64,000 nt of DNA from Bacilli bacterium (GCA_017938725.1 JAGBAW010000003.1:2980-66979), one strand, 5' to 3'. Positions 40,928 to 52,187 are shown, counted from the first letter of the stretch. The notes: generated from the sequence alone by a model not told the origin. Numbers and translations: made by a program.

Positions 40928-42511
40928 ATGTTACAAGTAAATAACTTAAGTTTAAAATTTAATACAAGAGTATTATTTGAAAATGTAAATTTAAAATTTG
41001 AAAAAGGAAATTGTTATGGTGTAATTGGCGCTAATGGCGCAGGTAAATCCACATTCTTAAAGGTATTAAGTGGTGAAATAGATTCAACTACAGGTGATGT
41101 AATTATATCTAAGGGAGAAAGATTATCTGTACTTAAACAAAACCATAATGCATATGATGATTACAACGTAATAGATACAGTTATAATGGGGAATACTAAG
41201 CTTTATAGTATTATGAAGGAAAAAGAGGAATTATATTCAAAAACAGATTTTACTGAAGAGGACGGAATAAAAGCAGGCGAACTTGAAGCAGAATTTGCAG
41301 ATTTAAATGGTTGGAATGCAGAAAGTGATGCTGCTATACTTTTAAGCGGTCTTGGAATTGATGTAAGTTATCATGATAAATTAATGAGTGAATTATCTGG
41401 ACCTGAAAAAGTAAAGGTATTACTCGCAGGTGCTTTATTTGGTGATCCAGATATTTTAATACTTGATGAACCAACTAACTATTTAGATATAGATGCAAAA
41501 ATGTGGCTTGAAGAATTTTTAATTAATTTTGATAATACAGTAATAGTAGTTTCTCATGATAGACATTTTTTAAACAAGGTATGTACTCATATGCTTGATA
41601 TAGATTATGGAAAAATAACTTTATTTATAGGTAACTATGATTTTTGGTATGAATCAAGTCAGTTAATATTAAAACAAATGAAAGATCAAAATAAGAAAAA
41701 AGAAGAAAAAATAAAAGAATTAAAGGATTTTATTGCTAGATTTTCAGCAAATGCATCAAAAAGTAAACAAGCAACAAGTAGGAAGAAATCCTTAGAAAAA
41801 ATAGAACTTGAGGAGATGAAGGCATCTTCTAGAAAATATCCATATATTAATTTTGAAATAGAAAGAACATTAGGTAAGGATGTAGTTGAACTTAAAGGAG
41901 TTAGTAAAACTATTGATGGTGAAGTAGTTTTAAAAAATATGAACTTAACTATTAATACTAATGATAAAGTAGGTTTTGTTGGAACTAATGAACTTGCAAT
42001 AACAACTTTATTTAAAATAATAACAGGTGAGCTTAATCCTGATGAAGGAGAAATAAGATGGGGGACAACTGCTAAGTATGATTATTTTCCAAAAAATCAT
42101 GATAAGTATTTTGAAAATGATTTAGATTTAATAGACTGGCTTAGACAATATTCAAAAGAGCAAGAAGAACCATTTATTAGAGGTTTCTTAGGTAGAATGT
42201 TATTTTCTGGAGATGAAGCACTTAAAAAAGTAAAAGTATTATCTGGTGGAGAAAAAGTAAGATGTATGATGAGCAAGTTAATGCTTAGTGGAGCAAATGT
42301 ACTTATTATGGATGATCCAACTAACCATTTAGATATTGAATCAATCACATCACTTAATAAGGGTATGAAAGAATATAAAGGTGCACTTCTATTTTCATCA
42401 CATGATCATGAACTTTTATCAACTGTTGCAAATAGAATAATAGAATTCAATGAAGATGGAAAATATGTTGATAAAATGATGAATTATGATGAATACCTGG
42501 AGATTAAATAA
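40928..42511 (+). CDS. ABC-F family ATPase (tandem ABC domains, no TM; translation-factor-type)
   Basis: Two Walker A/signature/Walker B sets (GANGAGKST...LSGPEKV...ILILDEP; second domain LSGGEKVR...LIMDDPTNHLD). Confidence 0.85.
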   Translation: MLQVNNLSLKFNTRVLFENVNLKFEKGNCYGVIGANGAGKSTFLKVLSGEIDSTTGDVIISKGERLSVLKQNHNAYDDYNVIDTVIMGNTKLYSIMKEKEELYSKTDFTEEDGIKAGELEAEFADLNGWNAESDAAILLSGLGIDVSYHDKLMSELSGPEKVKVLLAGALFGDPDILILDEPTNYLDIDAKMWLEEFLINFDNTVIVVSHDRHFLNKVCTHMLDIDYGKITLFIGNYDFWYESSQLILKQMKDQNKKKEEKIKELKDFIARFSANASKSKQATSRKKSLEKIELEEMKASSRKYPYINFEIERTLGKDVVELKGVSKTIDGEVVLKNMNLTINTNDKVGFVGTNELAITTLFKIITGELNPDEGEIRWGTTAKYDYFPKNHDKYFENDLDLIDWLRQYSKEQEEPFIRGFLGRMLFSGDEALKKVKVLSGGEKVRCMMSKLMLSGANVLIMDDPTNHLDIESITSLNKGMKEYKGALLFSSHDHELLSTVANRIIEFNEDGKYVDKMMNYDEYLEIK

Positions 42512-42810
42512 TGAGTATTATAGATCAATATAGATGTTTAGTTGAAGCATACTATGGAATAATTGAAATGGATGAATACGATTTAAAAATATATGTATTA
42601 AAAGAAATAGAAGAACGTATTAGAAATTTCGTAAATGAATATAAGAATTCAAATTTTGATTATAAAATAGAAGCAGAATATATAAAAGATAATATTTCAG
42701 TAATAACTAAATTACAATCAAGTTTAATTATACTAAATAAAATGGATACACCAATGGAGTTAATTTTACTTATAAAAGAAAAAATAAAAAGATTAAAAGA
42801 AGAAAAATAG
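42511..42810 (+). CDS. hypothetical protein (99 aa)
   Basis: ORF coupled to the ABC-F gene. No motifs. Confidence 0.4.
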   Translation: MSIIDQYRCLVEAYYGIIEMDEYDLKIYVLKEIEERIRNFVNEYKNSNFDYKIEAEYIKDNISVITKLQSSLIILNKMDTPMELILLIKEKIKRLKEEK

Positions 42811-42858
42811 TGGAAAAACCTTCTAAAATGGAGAATATACATTTTAGGAGTTTTTTTT

Positions 42859-43146
42859 ATGAAAGACTTAATTGCATCTGAAAAACTAAATATAGAAAAT
42901 ATGATATATGAAATAAGGGGAAAACAAGTAATGCTGGCAAATGATGTTGCAAAATTATATAATTCAGAAACTAAGATTATAAATCAAGTAGTTAAGAGAA
43001 ATATAAATAGATTCCCAGAAGAATTTTGTTTTCAACTTACAAGTGACGAATATATGAAATTAAAGGAAAAAAATAATGAACCTTTAAGGTCACAAATTGT
43101 GACCTTAAACAAATCAGATAATTTAATAGGTATGTATGCAAGATAG
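42859..43146 (+). pseudogene. ORF6N-domain (phage antirepressor-like) protein, C-terminally truncated remnant
   Basis: IRGKQVMLANDVAKLYNSETKIINQVVKRNINRFPEEFCFQLT...LRSQIVTL is the ORF6N signature. It stops after 95 aa, and the following 200 bp hold only short broken ORFs. Confidence 0.5.
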
Positions 43147-43451
43147 CAGTTAATATAGATGTACTAGTAAATAGAGGTATAGAAGAACAATTAAAGTTAA
43201 TTGATAAACATATTGAAAAAGATAAATTTATAGATATAATTAAGAATATATAAGATATAGTGAAATTAAAAGAATATTTGGAATATCTAAAAACGATATA
43301 CTCAAGTCTTGATATAACTAAAGATACAATGGTTCCTATATATAAACCAGTTGACAACAAAAAGGGAGAAAATTAAAGTTTTTTCTTCCTTTTTCTTTAT
43401 TACTTTATAAATAATTGATATAATTAATTATACAGGATGGGTGGTAGTAAT

Positions 43452-46400
43452 ATGGATAATAAATTAGAACTTTTACTTAATAAGATAAATATAAATAATG
43501 AAGATTATATTAATTTTAAAGATGGTAAAATATTGAAGATAATATCTTCTAAAGATAAATTAAATTGGAACTTTATAATTGAAATTAAAAATTTACTACC
43601 AACTAATATCTTAGAAATTTTTGATAATAATTTAAAGGATGCTTTTCCCAATTTAAATACAGTAACTTATACTATTAAGCCAATAAATATTAGTAAATCT
43701 AGGATTAATGAGTATTATCCATATGTTATAAATTCATTAAATTTAGGTAAAGCAATATCTATGATATTTTTAAGTAAAAGTATAAAATTTACTACCAATG
43801 GATTAGTACTTGAAGCTTTTAATAAAGCAGAAGAAAATGTAATATCAAATAGATTAAAAGATATAAACAATAAATTTAAACAAATAGGTTTTAGTGATAT
43901 TAATTTAAGAATTGAGTTAATTAATGAGGATATAAAGGTTAATAATGAAATAGAAAATGAGATAAAGGAAGAAGCAAAGCAGACAATAAAAAAATTCGAG
44001 TCTAAAATAGTTGTTTCATCTGATAGACCAAAGCAAAGAATGCAGATAGTTTCAACAAAAAAGGATCCTGAAAGTAATGCAATACTTGGATTTGATATAA
44101 AAGATGATGCATCTAAAATAAGTAATGTGCAAAATGAAATGGAAGATGTAACAATTGAAGGGTATATATTTGGTAAAGAATTATTTGAAAGTACAAAAAG
44201 TGTATTTAAGATAATAACTCTAAAAGTATCCGATTTAACTGATAGTTTGCTTGTAAAAATATTTTTTAGAAATGAAGAAGATTTTAAAAGGGTAGACTCT
44301 GAAATAAAAGAGGGTTCTTGGTATAAAATTAATGGTAGAGTGTCTTTTGATAATTTTGCAAATGATTTAGTATTAAGTGCAAAAAATATTATTCCAATTG
44401 AAAGTAAATTTGTTGATATAAAAGATGAAGCAGAAGAAAAAAGAGTAGAACTTCATGCACATACACTTATGAGTCAAATGGATGGTGTAAGTTCAGTTGA
44501 AGATTTAATAAAACAAGCTAAAAAATGGGGACATAGAGGAATTGCAGTTACTGATCATGATGGTGCCCAAAGCTTTCCTAATGCATTTAATTTGGTTAGA
44601 GGCATGAATAAAGATTTAAAAGAGGGAGAAGAACCATTTAAAGTTATATATGGATGTGAACTTGTAATGGTTGATGACAATATAGATATTGTAATTAGAC
44701 CAAATGATGATGATATATTAGATAGTACATATGTTGTATTTGACCTTGAAACAACAGGTTTTAATGCAGGTGGAGCAGATTCTATTATTGAAATAGGTGC
44801 AGTTAAAATAAAAGGTGGAGAGATAATAGATCAGTTTGATGAACTTATTGATCCAAAAAGAAAATTACCAGAAAAAATAATAGAACTTACACATATTACT
44901 GATGAAATGCTTGTTGGAAAAATGAATGAAGAAGAGGGGGTACGTAAATTCATTGATTGGATTGGTGGAGAAAACGTTCCGATGGTTGCGCATAATGCAA
45001 AATTCGATGTTTCATTCATTGAAATGGCATATCAAAAATATAATCTAGGAGAATTTATTAATCCAGTAATAGATACACTTGAACTATCTAGAGCACTTGA
45101 TAATGGTGAAGCAAGACATAGTTTATCAGCAATAACAAAAAGATATGGAGTAGTATTTGAAGAAGATGCTCACCATAGAGCAAATTATGATGCTGAAGGT
45201 ACTGCTTTAGTACTACATAAAATGCTAAAAAAAATGTATGATCAAAACTTTAGAAAAATAAATGAACTTAATAACTTAGTACCAAAAGATGAAATACATA
45301 AATATGGTAAAACTCATGATATAAATATACTAACATTAAATAGAGAAGGACTTAAAAATTTATTTACGATTATTTCATATGCAAATACAAAATATTTATA
45401 TAAGACACCAAGAATACTAAGAAGTGAGATTGAAAAATATAGAAAAGGTCTTTTAATTGGTAGTGGTTGTTACCAAAGTGAAGTATTTACATCTGCTTCA
45501 ACAAAATCAGATGAAGAACTTGCAAATATTATTAAATTTTATGATTATGTTGAAGTTCAACCAGTTGATGAATATTGTCATTTAGTACCATCTGTATTTG
45601 AAAATGAAGCACAGTTGTTAAAGAATATAGAAAAAATAGTTAGAGTTACTGAAGAAACTGGTAAAATAATAGTTGCAACAGGAGACGTACATCATTTAAA
45701 GAAAGAAGATAAAATTTATAGAGAAATAATTATAAATCAGAATGTTCCAGGTAGAGGACGTCATCCACTTATTAGAAACAGTAAGGGTGGACAAATACCA
45801 TCACAACATTTTAGAACAACGACAGAAATGCTTGAATCATTTGAATTTTTAGGAAAGGATAAAGCAAAGGAAATAGTTGTAACTAATACAAATAAAATAC
45901 TTGATATGGTAGATGTATTTGATGTAATTATTCAAACAGGTGGCGTACCATTTTCACCTAGAGTAAAAGCAGATGATGGTAAAACTTATCTTGATTGTCC
46001 AAGAGTAGTAACAGATCTTGTATATGAAAGAGCAAATGATTGGTATGGAAATCCACTTCCATATAATATTGAAGAAAGACTTGGTACTGAACTTTATGGT
46101 GACATTGTTTTAACAAGTGTTAAATATTATTTAGATAAAAATTTATCTGAGGAAGAAAAGATAGTAGAGGGGTTTAAAGGATTACATGATGTAATACAAG
46201 AAGGTTCTGATGCAGTAAAGGACCTAGTTAGAAAATATTTAAAAGATACATCAGAAGAACCTTTAGAGGAAGATGAACTTGAGAAAAAACTTAAGAAAAG
46301 TTTAGGTGGAGTAATAGGTGCGGGATTTGATCCTATTTACTTAATAGCGCAGAGACTTGTTAAAAAATCAAATAATGATGGATACTTAGTTGGCTCAAGA

Positions 46401-48095
46401 GGATCTGTTGGATCTTCGTTTGTTGCAACTATGATGGGAATAACTGAAGTAAATCCTTTATCTGCACATTACAGATGTCCAAATTGTAAACATAGTGTAT
46501 TTGAAGAAAATGGGAAGTCACTTGGAGCAACATACTCTTCAGGATTTGATTTGCCTAATAAAGCATGTCCAAAATGTAATACTAATATGATAAAAGATGG
46601 ACAAGATATACCGTTTGCTACATTCCTTGGATTTAATGCAGATAAAGTACCAGATATAGATCTTAATTTCTCTGATTTAAACCAAGCAGCAATACATGAA
46701 TATACTAAAGTATTATTTGGTGTTGATAATGTTTATAGAGCAGGTACAATAGGTACAGTCGCAGAAAAGACAGCATATGGTTATACAAAAGGTTATTTTG
46801 AAGATAGAGGAATAGAAAAAAGAAGTATTGAAATAGAAAGACTATCAAAAGGATGTGTAGGTGTTAAAAGAACAACAGGACAACATCCAGGTGGAATAGT
46901 AGTTATTCCTGATTATATGGATGTATTTGATTTTACACCATTCCAATTTCCAGCAGATGACCCTAATTCTGCATGGAGAACTACACACTTTGATTATCAT
47001 AAAATAGAAGATGACGTATTAAAATTAGATATTTTAGGTCATTCTGATCCAACACAACTTCGTATGATTCAAGATATGACAAAAACTGATGTATCTAAAG
47101 TACCCCTTGATGATAAAAAAACTATGGGAATATTTTTATCACCAGAACCTCTTGGGGTTACTGTAGAACAAATTATGTGTAATACAGGTACACTTGGAAT
47201 ACCTGAGTTTGGTACTAAATTCACTGTCCAAATGGTTGAAGATACAAAACCAACTACATTTGGTGAACTAATAAAAATATCAGGGCTTTCCCATGGTACG
47301 GATGTTTGGCTTGGTAATGCACAAGAATTAATTAGAAATAATGTAGTCCCATTTAGTGAAGTTATTGGATGTCGTGATGATATAATGGTTTACCTAATGT
47401 ATAATGGACTTAAACCAATTACAGCATTTAAAATAATGGAATTTGTAAGAAAAGGTAGACCAAGTAAACCTAAAGATCATGATCAGTGGGTTGAATATGA
47501 AAATATACTTAAAGAAGCAGGAATTGCAGATTGGTATATTGAATCATGTCATAAAATAAAATACATGTTCCCTAAAGCACATGCCGCAGCTTATGTAACA
47601 AGTGCATTTAGAATTGCTTGGTATAAAGTTCATATGCCAGTATATTATTATGCATCTTGGCTTTCTTGTAAAGCAACAGATGTAGATATTATCGTAATGA
47701 TAAAGGGTTATGATGCGATTAAAGAAAAAATAATTGAGATAGATAATAAAGGAAGAGATGCGACTAATAAAGATATAGGTACTCGTGAATCACTTCATTT
47801 ATGTTTAGAAGCAACTGCAAGAGGAATTAAGTTCTTAAATGTAGATTTATATAAAAGTGAAGCAACAACATATGGTGCAGAAAATGATACTGATATAATA
47901 CCACCATTTAATTCAATTGAAGGACTAGGTGATACAGTTGCGCATAACATAGTTGAAGAAAGAGAAAAAGGACCATTTATTTCGATAGAGGAGTTCCAGA
48001 TAAGATGTAAAGTCTCAGGAACTCTAATTGATAAAATGCGTATGATGGGTATATTTGAAGGTATGCCTGAAACAAGTCAATTAAGTTTATTTTAA
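43452..48095 (+). CDS. polC: DNA polymerase III PolC-type
   Basis: PHP domain (HAHTLMSQMDG), DEDDh exonuclease (VVFDLETTGF...HNAKFD), Zn-finger CPNC...CPKC, polymerase core. Confidence 0.95.
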   Translation: MDNKLELLLNKININNEDYINFKDGKILKIISSKDKLNWNFIIEIKNLLPTNILEIFDNNLKDAFPNLNTVTYTIKPINISKSRINEYYPYVINSLNLGKAISMIFLSKSIKFTTNGLVLEAFNKAEENVISNRLKDINNKFKQIGFSDINLRIELINEDIKVNNEIENEIKEEAKQTIKKFESKIVVSSDRPKQRMQIVSTKKDPESNAILGFDIKDDASKISNVQNEMEDVTIEGYIFGKELFESTKSVFKIITLKVSDLTDSLLVKIFFRNEEDFKRVDSEIKEGSWYKINGRVSFDNFANDLVLSAKNIIPIESKFVDIKDEAEEKRVELHAHTLMSQMDGVSSVEDLIKQAKKWGHRGIAVTDHDGAQSFPNAFNLVRGMNKDLKEGEEPFKVIYGCELVMVDDNIDIVIRPNDDDILDSTYVVFDLETTGFNAGGADSIIEIGAVKIKGGEIIDQFDELIDPKRKLPEKIIELTHITDEMLVGKMNEEEGVRKFIDWIGGENVPMVAHNAKFDVSFIEMAYQKYNLGEFINPVIDTLELSRALDNGEARHSLSAITKRYGVVFEEDAHHRANYDAEGTALVLHKMLKKMYDQNFRKINELNNLVPKDEIHKYGKTHDINILTLNREGLKNLFTIISYANTKYLYKTPRILRSEIEKYRKGLLIGSGCYQSEVFTSASTKSDEELANIIKFYDYVEVQPVDEYCHLVPSVFENEAQLLKNIEKIVRVTEETGKIIVATGDVHHLKKEDKIYREIIINQNVPGRGRHPLIRNSKGGQIPSQHFRTTTEMLESFEFLGKDKAKEIVVTNTNKILDMVDVFDVIIQTGGVPFSPRVKADDGKTYLDCPRVVTDLVYERANDWYGNPLPYNIEERLGTELYGDIVLTSVKYYLDKNLSEEEKIVEGFKGLHDVIQEGSDAVKDLVRKYLKDTSEEPLEEDELEKKLKKSLGGVIGAGFDPIYLIAQRLVKKSNNDGYLVGSRGSVGSSFVATMMGITEVNPLSAHYRCPNCKHSVFEENGKSLGATYSSGFDLPNKACPKCNTNMIKDGQDIPFATFLGFNADKVPDIDLNFSDLNQAAIHEYTKVLFGVDNVYRAGTIGTVAEKTAYGYTKGYFEDRGIEKRSIEIERLSKGCVGVKRTTGQHPGGIVVIPDYMDVFDFTPFQFPADDPNSAWRTTHFDYHKIEDDVLKLDILGHSDPTQLRMIQDMTKTDVSKVPLDDKKTMGIFLSPEPLGVTVEQIMCNTGTLGIPEFGTKFTVQMVEDTKPTTFGELIKISGLSHGTDVWLGNAQELIRNNVVPFSEVIGCRDDIMVYLMYNGLKPITAFKIMEFVRKGRPSKPKDHDQWVEYENILKEAGIADWYIESCHKIKYMFPKAHAAAYVTSAFRIAWYKVHMPVYYYASWLSCKATDVDIIVMIKGYDAIKEKIIEIDNKGRDATNKDIGTRESLHLCLEATARGIKFLNVDLYKSEATTYGAENDTDIIPPFNSIEGLGDTVAHNIVEEREKGPFISIEEFQIRCKVSGTLIDKMRMMGIFEGMPETSQLSLF

Positions 48096-48122
48096 AGAAA
48101 TAGAAAAACTATTTCTTTTTTT
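48096..48122 (+). terminator. rho-independent terminator after polC
   Basis: AGAAATAG-aaaaa-CTATTTCT followed by TTTTTT. Confidence 0.7.
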
Positions 48123-48173
48123 GACATTAATAATAAAATGATATATAATACAAGTCGAAAGAGGGGATATTAT

Positions 48174-49217
48174 ATGCCAAAAATAAGTGTTATAGTACCA
48201 GTATATAATAGTAGTAAATATTTAAGACAATGCTTAGATAGTATATTCAATCAAACATATAAAGATTTTGAATTAATAACTATTAATGATTGTTCTACAG
48301 ATGATAGTTTAAAGATTTTATTAGAATATAGTAGACTGTATAGTAATATGAAAATTATAAATAATGAGATTAATTTAGGTGCGGGGGTATCTAGAAATAG
48401 AGGCATTGAAATATCAAATGGGGAATATATTATGTTTGTAGATTCTGATGATTATATCGAACTTAATACATTAGAAGATGCTATTAAATGTGCAGTTAAT
48501 AACTCATCAGATATTGTAAGATATGATTTTAATAGAGTAATAGGTAGAAAAGAATTTGATTATAGAATATTTGATCCTTCATTTGAAGGAAAAGAAAAAT
48601 CTATTAATATAGAAAAAGATGATTATTTGTTTAAGGAAAATTCAGGTGCATGTAATAAACTCTTTTCTAGAAAATTAATTGGTGATACTAGATTTGCGGA
48701 AGGTATTTTATTTGAGGATACACCATTTACAATTTCAAACTTATTCAATGCGGAAAATATAGTTTATTTAAAAAAAACTTTATATAAATATAGGTTTAAC
48801 CCAAAAAGTACAATGGGATCTAATTTATTTCATGTAAATAAAAGAATATTAGATATATTATCATCAATGGATAAAATTGATGAGTTTGTTAAAGATGATA
48901 GGGGATTAGGTGAACAATTAAATTCGTTAAAATCTATTAATTGTGTCCATATTTTTAATGATTTAATTTTATGGAAAGAGTTTTCAATAAAAGAAAAGCA
49001 AATGCTATATAGTTATTTAATAAGACTAATTGAATTAAAGTATGGTCCTTTAGATAGTGATTATGCGTTTAATTTAACTAGGGATCATGACTCATTTTTT
49101 AGAAATAGAATGAAATTTATGAGAAGGTATTTTGTAAAAGATGAGTATTCACAAAGTAATAATATAAATGAATTAAAAGAAAGGGCACTAAGACTAATAA
49201 ATCAAGAAAAGAATTAA
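48174..49217 (+). CDS. family-2 glycosyltransferase
   Basis: ISVIVPVYN...NDCSTDDS...VDSDD. Confidence 0.8.
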   Translation: MPKISVIVPVYNSSKYLRQCLDSIFNQTYKDFELITINDCSTDDSLKILLEYSRLYSNMKIINNEINLGAGVSRNRGIEISNGEYIMFVDSDDYIELNTLEDAIKCAVNNSSDIVRYDFNRVIGRKEFDYRIFDPSFEGKEKSINIEKDDYLFKENSGACNKLFSRKLIGDTRFAEGILFEDTPFTISNLFNAENIVYLKKTLYKYRFNPKSTMGSNLFHVNKRILDILSSMDKIDEFVKDDRGLGEQLNSLKSINCVHIFNDLILWKEFSIKEKQMLYSYLIRLIELKYGPLDSDYAFNLTRDHDSFFRNRMKFMRRYFVKDEYSQSNNINELKERALRLINQEKN

Positions 49218-49389
49218 ATTCAAAAAATAGTATACATTTTTTTCTTAAATTAGTTTATATGGCTAACAAGATATCAAGTCAAAAGTTTAAATGAATAAAA
49301 TAATATAAAATTCGTAAAATAGTAAAATCATAAATAAAAGAGGAAAATACCTTACTTATGGATAATAAATCTATAGGGAGGTATTTTTT

Positions 49390-50298
49390 ATGGATGAAAA
49401 TTTAAAAAATATAAAACAGTTAATAGAAAAAAGTATTGTATATGGAAGAAAAGTAAATATACAAAAAGAAAGAAATAGATTAGAAACTTATTTTAATATA
49501 GGAAAAGAAATAACAGAAGCTATAGGTAAAAAAAGTGAATATGGAGAAGGATTACTCAAGAAATATTCTACTATACTTACTAAGTTATATGGGAAAGGCT
49601 ATGATTATTCAAATTTAAGAAGAATGAGGCAATTTTATTTAACTTTTGAAAAATGTGGCACAGTGTGCCACAAATTGAGTTGGAGTCATTATAGGTATAT
49701 TTTATCAATAAAGGAAGAATCTAAAAGAAACTATTATATAAATCTATGTATTCAAAATACTTTAACAGTAAGAGAGCTTATCAATGAAATAAAAAATAAA
49801 TCTTATGAAAGATTAACAAATGAAGAAAAAGAAAATATAAAACTAATAAATAATAGTTATGAGTCAAATATACTAGATATGATAAAAGATCCAATAATAG
49901 TAAATTGTAATAAGATGATAATAGATAAATTAGATGAAAAACTATTAAAGGAACTATTAATAGAAGATATAGAGAAAACACTTTTAGAATTAGGAATAGG
50001 ATTTAGCTATGTAGGAAAAGAAAAAAGAATAAAAGTAGGGGAATATTATAGATATGTGGATTTAGTATTTTTTAATATTGAACTAAATTGTTATATATTA
50101 ATAGAGTTAAAGATAAATAAACTAGATATAAAAGATATAGGACAAATAGAATTTTATATAAATTACTATGATGATGAAATAAAAAAAGAATATCATAATA
50201 AAACAATAGGAATAATAATATGCAAGAAAAAAGATAGAGATATAACTAAATATAATAAAAATGATAATATTTATGTTACTAGTTATAAATTTAAGTAA
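49390..50298 (+). CDS. DUF1016 (YhcG-like) PDDEXK-nuclease-domain protein
   Basis: Overall YhcG-like pattern with a C-terminal restriction-endonuclease-like core (VDLVFFN...ELK). Confidence 0.6.
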   Translation: MDENLKNIKQLIEKSIVYGRKVNIQKERNRLETYFNIGKEITEAIGKKSEYGEGLLKKYSTILTKLYGKGYDYSNLRRMRQFYLTFEKCGTVCHKLSWSHYRYILSIKEESKRNYYINLCIQNTLTVRELINEIKNKSYERLTNEEKENIKLINNSYESNILDMIKDPIIVNCNKMIIDKLDEKLLKELLIEDIEKTLLELGIGFSYVGKEKRIKVGEYYRYVDLVFFNIELNCYILIELKINKLDIKDIGQIEFYINYYDDEIKKEYHNKTIGIIICKKKDRDITKYNKNDNIYVTSYKFK

Positions 50299-50303
50299 TA
50301 AAT

Positions 50304-50338
50304 ATAAAAAAATGCTCAATTAAGCATTTTCTTTTTTT
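50304..50338. terminator. bidirectional rho-independent terminator between convergent genes
   Basis: AATGCT-caatta-AGCATT flanked by A-run and T-run. Confidence 0.55.
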
Positions 50339-51219
50339 GTTTGTAATCTGTTTATATAGTAAATAATTATTCCACCAAATATAAAACTAATTATTATTGA
50401 ACAAATTTTTAATGTATTATATTCTATTTGTCCTTCTATATTAAATGGTAGTATTAATGCACTTGCTATTATAAATCCAAGTATTACACTAACTGTTTTA
50501 CCTTTATATTTTTTTAGTAAGAAACTAGTAAGTTTAGCACTTAATACAATTCCTAATATAACTCCAATACCAAAGAAACATAGTGATATAAATGCTTCCA
50601 TATCTAGTGAAGTAAGTTTATCTATATAACTTCTAATCATTTCATACTTTCCAAGTACTAAAAGTACCATTGATCCTGATACTCCAGGAAATATCATAGT
50701 TGCTCCACCAATTATCCCATATAATATTAGACTTATAAAGTGAATAACATTCATTGTGGCATTAATATCATTACTAGGATTCTTACTTTGTAAATATTGA
50801 AGTATAATAATAAATGAAAATCCTATAACAAATGCAAATATATTAAAATTTTCACCTTTCATTTCTTGTTTTATAATAATTGGTACACTAAATATTATTA
50901 ATCCCATAAACCAGAATATTGTCTCTGCTTCTATATATTTTAGTGTAATACCAAGTAATTTAGCAAACAATATAATTCCAATTGCTGCGCTAATTAACAC
51001 TTTAATAAGAAGTATAATGCTTTCTTTTCTAGTAGTAGTTTCTTTTTTAAATATATCACTAATTGCGTACATTAATCTATCAAACAAATTAAATATAACG
51101 AGCATAGTACCACCAGATACACCAGGTATTATATTTGCAATACCTACAAACATACCACCAAATACTGAATTAAAGTCAAACTTAATATTCTTTTTTCCTT
51201 TTCTTTCTTTCTTTTTCAT
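50320..51219 (-). CDS. DUF368-family membrane protein (putative undecaprenyl-phosphate translocase family)
   Basis: Repeated PGVSGGT / PGVSGS motifs in a polytopic membrane protein. Confidence 0.7.
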   Translation of the reverse strand: MKKKERKGKKNIKFDFNSVFGGMFVGIANIIPGVSGGTMLVIFNLFDRLMYAISDIFKKETTTRKESIILLIKVLISAAIGIILFAKLLGITLKYIEAETIFWFMGLIIFSVPIIIKQEMKGENFNIFAFVIGFSFIIILQYLQSKNPSNDINATMNVIHFISLILYGIIGGATMIFPGVSGSMVLLVLGKYEMIRSYIDKLTSLDMEAFISLCFFGIGVILGIVLSAKLTSFLLKKYKGKTVSVILGFIIASALILPFNIEGQIEYNTLKICSIIISFIFGGIIIYYINRLQTKKENA

Positions 51220-51339
51220 GTTGCCTCCTATAACATGATTATATCATAATTTTAATATAATAAATAAAATATCTTTTTAAATATTGATAAAAATAAAAAA
51301 TATGGTATAATAAATTTGTCTAAAGCAATTATAAAGGAG

Positions 51340-51537
51340 TAGTAATATAATTAATATTTTAAAGAGAGTTAGCGTTTGGTGCAAGCTAATAATGTTGTTA
51401 TATGAATTCACCTTTTAGCAGTATAATGAAAGTTATAACGTTTATCTAGCGTTAATAGATTAAAGAGCATAGAAAGTCTATGAAGTAAGGTGGTACCGCT
51501 CCTAATATAGGAGTCCTTACATCTAGACTTTTTTATT
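51340..51537 (+). promoter_or_regulatory. T-box riboswitch leader (Phe) upstream of HAD-pheS-pheT
   Basis: T-box sequence AAGGTGGTACCGCTCC, overlapping terminator GTAAGG...CCTTAC plus T-run. Confidence 0.6.
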
Positions 51538-51551
51538 TTAGGGAGGTTAAT

Positions 51552-52187
51552 ATGAAAAGGAGATTTATATTTGATTTAGATGGAACCTTATTACACGGGG
51601 ATTTTTCTAAAGAAAGAGAGTATTTTAGGAGCGTCTTATCAACTGAAGAACAAGAATTATTCCTGCCTAAATATTTTGATGTTTTAATGGAATATGAAAA
51701 CATATTTGATAGATATGATGTAGAGAAATTAAGTGATTTTCTAAGTAAGAAAACAAGAACTAATATTACTCCAAATATGATTAATGAATGGATAACAATA
51801 AATTGTAATATTAATGACATATTATTGCCTGAAACCATTGATATGCTTGAATATCTAAAATCTAGAAAAAAGAGTTTAGTTATATTAACGAATTGGTTTA
51901 GAAAAGGTCAAGAAACAAGATTATATAATGCAGATATACGTAAGTATTTTGATGAAATATATGCAGGGGACTTTTATATTAAACCTACAAAGGAAAGTTA
52001 TCTAAATGCATGTGGAGATTATGATAAAAATGAATGCATTGTAATAGGTGATAATTTACAGAAGGATGTCTATGGACCAAACAAATATGGAATCGATTCT
52101 ATTTATTATAATCCAAATAATAAGGAATGCGATAAAACAATGGTGTTAAGTATAGATAGTTTTGAGAGAATAAAGGAGATGTTTTAA
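51552..52187 (+). CDS. HAD-superfamily hydrolase
   Basis: FDLDGTL motif I and downstream HAD motifs. Confidence 0.7.
   Translation: MKRRFIFDLDGTLLHGDFSKEREYFRSVLSTEEQELFLPKYFDVLMEYENIFDRYDVEKLSDFLSKKTRTNITPNMINEWITINCNINDILLPETIDMLEYLKSRKKSLVILTNWFRKGQETRLYNADIRKYFDEIYAGDFYIKPTKESYLNACGDYDKNECIVIGDNLQKDVYGPNKYGIDSIYYNPNNKECDKTMVLSIDSFERIKEMF

Noticed and set aside
43437-48095. PolC ORF ~100 aa longer than the familiar ~1440-aa size, considered as a possible intein or insertion
   Set aside because: No intein-like block (no C/S-to-HN splice motifs) interrupts the conserved domains. The extra length sits in the variable N-terminal region and is within family variation.
49781-50319. Minus-strand ORFs 49781..49981 and 50122..50319
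   Set aside because: They are antisense to the DUF1016 gene. The Leu/Tyr/Ile-only translations are an artefact of AT-rich sequence.
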